The notes beneath the pieces are model-generated. The model was not told the origin of the DNA, searched no databases, and was given only the letters and a program-made list of their open reading frames with translations. A stretch of DNA of 18,227 bases from an uncultured bacterium (GTDB lineage: Bacteria > Verrucomicrobiota > Kiritimatiellia > CAIKKV01 > CAIYGI01), in the NCBI GenBank assembly GCA_903925685.1, contig CAIYGI010000039.1:1-18227 (forward strand). The letters run 5' to 3'. Every line of letters starts with the position of its first letter. The first letter of the stretch is position 1. Both the position numbers and the translations under genes were made by a program. Shown piece after piece: positions 15,488-18,227 of this stretch.

Positions 15488-16525
15488 ATGTCCGCCGCAA
15501 CCACCACTTCCGTGCTCGAAAGCTGGGAAACCACCCGCTACGAGCTGCTCAATACCCGGATCAGCGATCTGGGGCTGCAGATCGCGAATTCGATCCTGGA
15601 ACCGCAAGTTCAGCGCCTTTATCGCGAATTGGAGCGGCAGCGACTCGTTTTCCGGCCCATTTGCTACCTGACCGACAGTTGGGGCTGTCCGAACGAGGTG
15701 CCCATCATCGGCATTCCATTTTACCTTGCCGACAAGCGTCTGATGCGCATCGAGGAGGAGCAGACCGGGGAAATCGAGGACGATTCCACGATCATGATGT
15801 TTCTGCGCCATGAGGCCGGGCATGCCTTCAATTACGCCTACCGGCTCTGGGAATCGCCCGGTTGGGCCGAGGTTTTCGGCGCTTTTTCGTCCCCCTACCG
15901 CGATGCCTTCGAACCGGACCCTTTCAGCCGCCAGTTCGTCCGGCACATCGTCCACAGCCAATACGGCCGCAATTATGCCCAAAAGCATCCCGACGAGGAT
16001 TTCGCCGAAACCTTCGCGGTCTGGCTGACGCCCCGCACGGCCTGGCGTCGCAAATATCACGCCTGGCCCGCGATGCGCAAACTGCAATATGTGGCGCGGC
16101 TGATGCGCGACGTACGGTCGCGCCAGCCCGTGCGCGAAAACGGGCCGCTGCTCAATCCGGTCGAGGAGTTGCGGGTGCTGTTGGCCGAGCATTACGGCCA
16201 GCGCATCGAGCGTTACCGGGCCGCGGCGCAGGGTTACGTAGACGACAAACTGCGCGCCGTCTTTCCGCCGCCGGCGGGCCGCGGCGGCATGCGCGCCGCC
16301 GCGCTGATCCACCAGCACAAGGCCGATCTGCTGGCCCGCGTCTCGCGCTGGTCGGGGCTCGAACCGGAGGATGTCGAGACCATTCTCAACAAACTCGAGG
16401 CCCGCGCCGCGGCCATCCGGCTGCGCTGTCATCTGGAGGACGCGAACGCCAACCTGCTGGACGTCACCGCCCTGGCCACGGCCCTCGCCATGGACTTCGG
16501 CTACACGGGCCGGTTTACGGTTTAG
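15488..16525 (+). CDS. HExxH zinc-metallopeptidase-like protein (putative zincin; 'putative zinc-binding metallopeptidase' type)
   Basis: ATG 15488 (MSAATTT...) preferred over the TTG at 15461. Contains MMFLRHEAGHAFNYAY (HExxH) with a downstream acidic DEDFAETFAVWL that could carry a third ligand. ~345 aa, soluble. Its 3' end overlaps the convergent ATP-grasp gene by 11 bp. Confidence 0.75.
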   Translation: MSAATTTSVLESWETTRYELLNTRISDLGLQIANSILEPQVQRLYRELERQRLVFRPICYLTDSWGCPNEVPIIGIPFYLADKRLMRIEEEQTGEIEDDSTIMMFLRHEAGHAFNYAYRLWESPGWAEVFGAFSSPYRDAFEPDPFSRQFVRHIVHSQYGRNYAQKHPDEDFAETFAVWLTPRTAWRRKYHAWPAMRKLQYVARLMRDVRSRQPVRENGPLLNPVEELRVLLAEHYGQRIERYRAAAQGYVDDKLRAVFPPPAGRGGMRAAALIHQHKADLLARVSRWSGLEPEDVETILNKLEARAAAIRLRCHLEDANANLLDVTALATALAMDFGYTGRFTV

Positions 16526-17573
16526 CCGGGGCGTTGCCAAGCATCGGCATGTCCACGTCGAAGGGCATGCCCTCCAACGCCGCATTGAGAATCATCTGCA
16601 GCAGCCGTGGGTAATTGATACCCGCGCGCAGCGCCGAACGCGCCAGCGACACCGCCTCGTCGAGCGAGGGATTGCAGTTCACCTCGAGCACATACGGTTC
16701 GCCCGCTTCATCGAGGCGAATGTCCACCCGCCCGTAACCCCAGCCGTTGACCGCGCGGAAAGCGCGCAGCGAAACCATGCTGATCCGCCGCGCCAGTTCC
16801 GGCTCGACGGCCGCCGGGCAGATCACCGAGGTCTTCTTGTATTCGATGGAGCCTTCCAGCCATTTGGCCGCGTAGGACATGATCGGCGGGATTTCGCCCG
16901 GCAACTGGCTGTAATCGACCTCCGCCAGCGGCATCACGCGCACCCGCCGGCCGCCCACCACGCCCACGTTGAATTCGCGCCCCGGGAGAAAACGCTGCGC
17001 CAGGGCCGGTTGATTATAAGTGGACCGGATGCGGCGCACACGATCCTTTAAAGCATTGCGGCTGTTGACCACCGAGTCGCGTTCCACGCCGATCCCGGCG
17101 TGTTCCTGGCTGGGCTGCACGATGATCGGGAACTGCCAGCGCACGCGGTCCACGTCGCCCACGCGCTCCAGCAGATGCGTGTCTGGGGGAATCGGAATCC
17201 CCGCGCCCTGCAGCAGGGTGGAGGCCATGTACTTGTAGCGCGAAAGACCGAGCGCCAGCGCCGGCGAGCCGGTCATCGGATAACCCATCATGCGCACCAG
17301 CGCTGCCACGCGCATTTCGTAGAGCGCCCCGTGGACAACATCGTCGTATTGATTGAACACCGCGTCCGGCTGCAGCCGGTGCATACGCCGCTGGAAAGCC
17401 ATTAGATCGTTCGACAACGGCAGGATTTCGACATTGTGGCCCAGCGAGCGCAAGGCGCGCGCCATCCGGCGGATCATCGTGCGCAGGTCGTTTACGCTGC
17501 CGCGGTCCTCGGGCGATTCCGAAGTCGTCGCGGCCGCCGCGTTATAAATCAGGGCGACTTTCAGTGCCTTCAT
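16515..17573 (-). CDS. D-alanine--D-alanine ligase-family ATP-grasp enzyme (Ddl-like, substrate unknown)
   Basis: 352 aa. GGAGG RBS 4 nt upstream of ATG 17573 (minus strand). C-terminal ATP-grasp signatures GWGYGRVDIRLDEAGEPYVLEVNCNPSL and REFNVGVVGG resemble the Ddl GxGRVDFFL...EINT.PG region. The N-terminal domain MKALKVALIYNA... is pre-ATP-grasp-like. Not a canonical cell-wall Ddl by context. Confidence 0.8.
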   Translation of the reverse strand: MKALKVALIYNAAAATTSESPEDRGSVNDLRTMIRRMARALRSLGHNVEILPLSNDLMAFQRRMHRLQPDAVFNQYDDVVHGALYEMRVAALVRMMGYPMTGSPALALGLSRYKYMASTLLQGAGIPIPPDTHLLERVGDVDRVRWQFPIIVQPSQEHAGIGVERDSVVNSRNALKDRVRRIRSTYNQPALAQRFLPGREFNVGVVGGRRVRVMPLAEVDYSQLPGEIPPIMSYAAKWLEGSIEYKKTSVICPAAVEPELARRISMVSLRAFRAVNGWGYGRVDIRLDEAGEPYVLEVNCNPSLDEAVSLARSALRAGINYPRLLQMILNAALEGMPFDVDMPMLGNAPAKP

Positions 17574-17593
17574 GCTGCCTCCGCCTGTTCCCC

Positions 17594-17627
17594 GTCACAT
17601 TCACAGTGGACTGATTGGGAATGTAAC
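17594..17627. promoter_or_regulatory. Imperfect inverted repeat (candidate operator) between the membrane-protein gene and the Ddl-like gene
   Basis: GTCACATTC (17594-17602), a 16-nt spacer, then GAATGTAAC (17619-27). The 9-bp arms have one mismatch. Located in the 100-bp intergenic gap 21-54 nt upstream of the ligase ATG on the minus strand. Confidence 0.25.
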
Positions 17628-17673
17628 GCTTGAACGGAGTCATGTACATGAGAAACTGCTTAATCGTGTCCCC

Positions 17674-18120
17674 TTATGTAACCGATCGAGCCGGCGGCGG
17701 TTTTCCAGCGCCCTCCACCGCATTGCACAACCATTCGAGGGTCGACCGCCATGTCATGGCACTCGCGATCAGCATGCAGGCCGACACGGCAACAACCACC
17801 ATGTATGCGGTCTTGCGTCGCGGCATCATCTCGACAATCGCGCCGACCAGAGCGAGGCCCAGCCAAAGGGCCATCCAGAGTTGGAAGAGCAAGACAATCC
17901 CGGAAAGATTTACGACAGCCATGATCTCGCGCCCGATTCCAATGTCCGTCATCTTCAGGGCTTGGCTGGCATGGAACCAACACAGGCCGGAAAGGAAAAT
18001 CGCGATCAGCGCCAGCGTTCCGAATATCAGGGCGCGGGGCGACCGCTTCCGACGCAGAGATTGGATGACGGCGCACACCCATAACATCACACTTCCTGAT
18101 CCCGTGCTGTAATTACGCAT
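17674..18120 (-). CDS. Small integral membrane protein (4 predicted TM helices), hypothetical
   Basis: Start taken at internal Met (MRNYSTGSGSVMLWVCAVIQ...; minus strand 18120) because the first 32 codons of the track ORF are hydrophilic and junk-like. Four hydrophobic stretches (LIFGTLALIAIFLSGLCWF, IMAVVNLSGIVLLFQLWMALWLGLALVGAIV, AYMVVVAVSACMLIASAMTW). Same strand as, and upstream of, the Ddl-like gene. Confidence 0.5.
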   Translation of the reverse strand: MRNYSTGSGSVMLWVCAVIQSLRRKRSPRALIFGTLALIAIFLSGLCWFHASQALKMTDIGIGREIMAVVNLSGIVLLFQLWMALWLGLALVGAIVEMMPRRKTAYMVVVAVSACMLIASAMTWRSTLEWLCNAVEGAGKPPPARSVT

Positions 18121-18227
18121 GTTTTTGCGAACTGCCCGGAAAATGACATGGCACTTTTTGACGCGTGACAAGTAAAGCGGCGTGGTGAATTCTTTGGGGC
18201 GAACAAACGGTCCCACAAAGGATCGAA

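Noticed and set aside
15470-16585. 371-aa minus-strand ORF opposite the HExxH gene, and the 250-aa plus ORF 15862..16614
   Set aside because: They are antisense or alternate frame with Arg/Gly/Pro-rich low complexity. The chosen frame has a HExxH motif and balanced composition.
1-18227. Search for tRNA/rRNA, CRISPR repeats, IS elements/transposases, integrases, toxin-antitoxin pairs
   Set aside because: I saw no conserved tRNA T-arm/anticodon-stem patterns, no regularly spaced direct repeats, no terminal inverted repeats flanking a transposase-like ORF, and no integrase-like ORF. The low-GC left edge hints at acquisition, but no mobility gene is visible within the window.

Overview
This is a high-GC bacterial chromosomal window; I eyeballed roughly mid-60s %GC for most of it and did not compute it. 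About 17 protein-coding genes have a strongly G/C-biased third codon position. The exception is the first ~1.2 kb, which is visibly lower in GC and richer in A/T-ending codons. I could not support any rRNA, tRNA, CRISPR array or transposase/integrase from the sequence.

Gene content, left to right:
- A low-GC hypothetical gene and a small ORF translationally coupled to it.
- A large (~790 aa) predicted lipoprotein whose central region is tentatively DUF2961/GH172-like.
- A convergent AI-2E (PerM/TqsA-type) transporter.
- An NfeD-flotillin (SPFH) membrane operon.
- A small GIY-YIG (YhbQ/UPF0213-like) protein.
- A stand-alone threonine synthase (thrC) translationally coupled to a MATE efflux transporter.
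- A four-gene polysaccharide/glycan O-acylation-like module: a divergent SGNH/GDSL lipoprotein that appears circularly permuted, a beta-propeller-like secreted protein, a MBOAT (AlgI/DltB-like) acyltransferase, and an AlgJ/AlgX-like SGNH-type protein.
- A convergent, 3'-overlapping pair made of a HExxH zinc-metallopeptidase-like protein and a Ddl-family ATP-grasp ligase, with a small 4-TM membrane protein upstream of the ligase on the same strand.

The most interesting candidates for an undescribed system are:
- The permuted SGNH esterase together with the beta-propeller/MBOAT/AlgJ-like module, which has no polymer synthase in the window.
- The Ddl-like ligase plus HExxH peptidase plus membrane protein cluster, which is reminiscent of VanA/VanX ligase-peptidase logic.
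- The low-GC island at the left edge.

Many long antisense or alternate-frame ORFs in the six-frame track are Arg/Pro-rich high-GC artefacts, and I rejected them.
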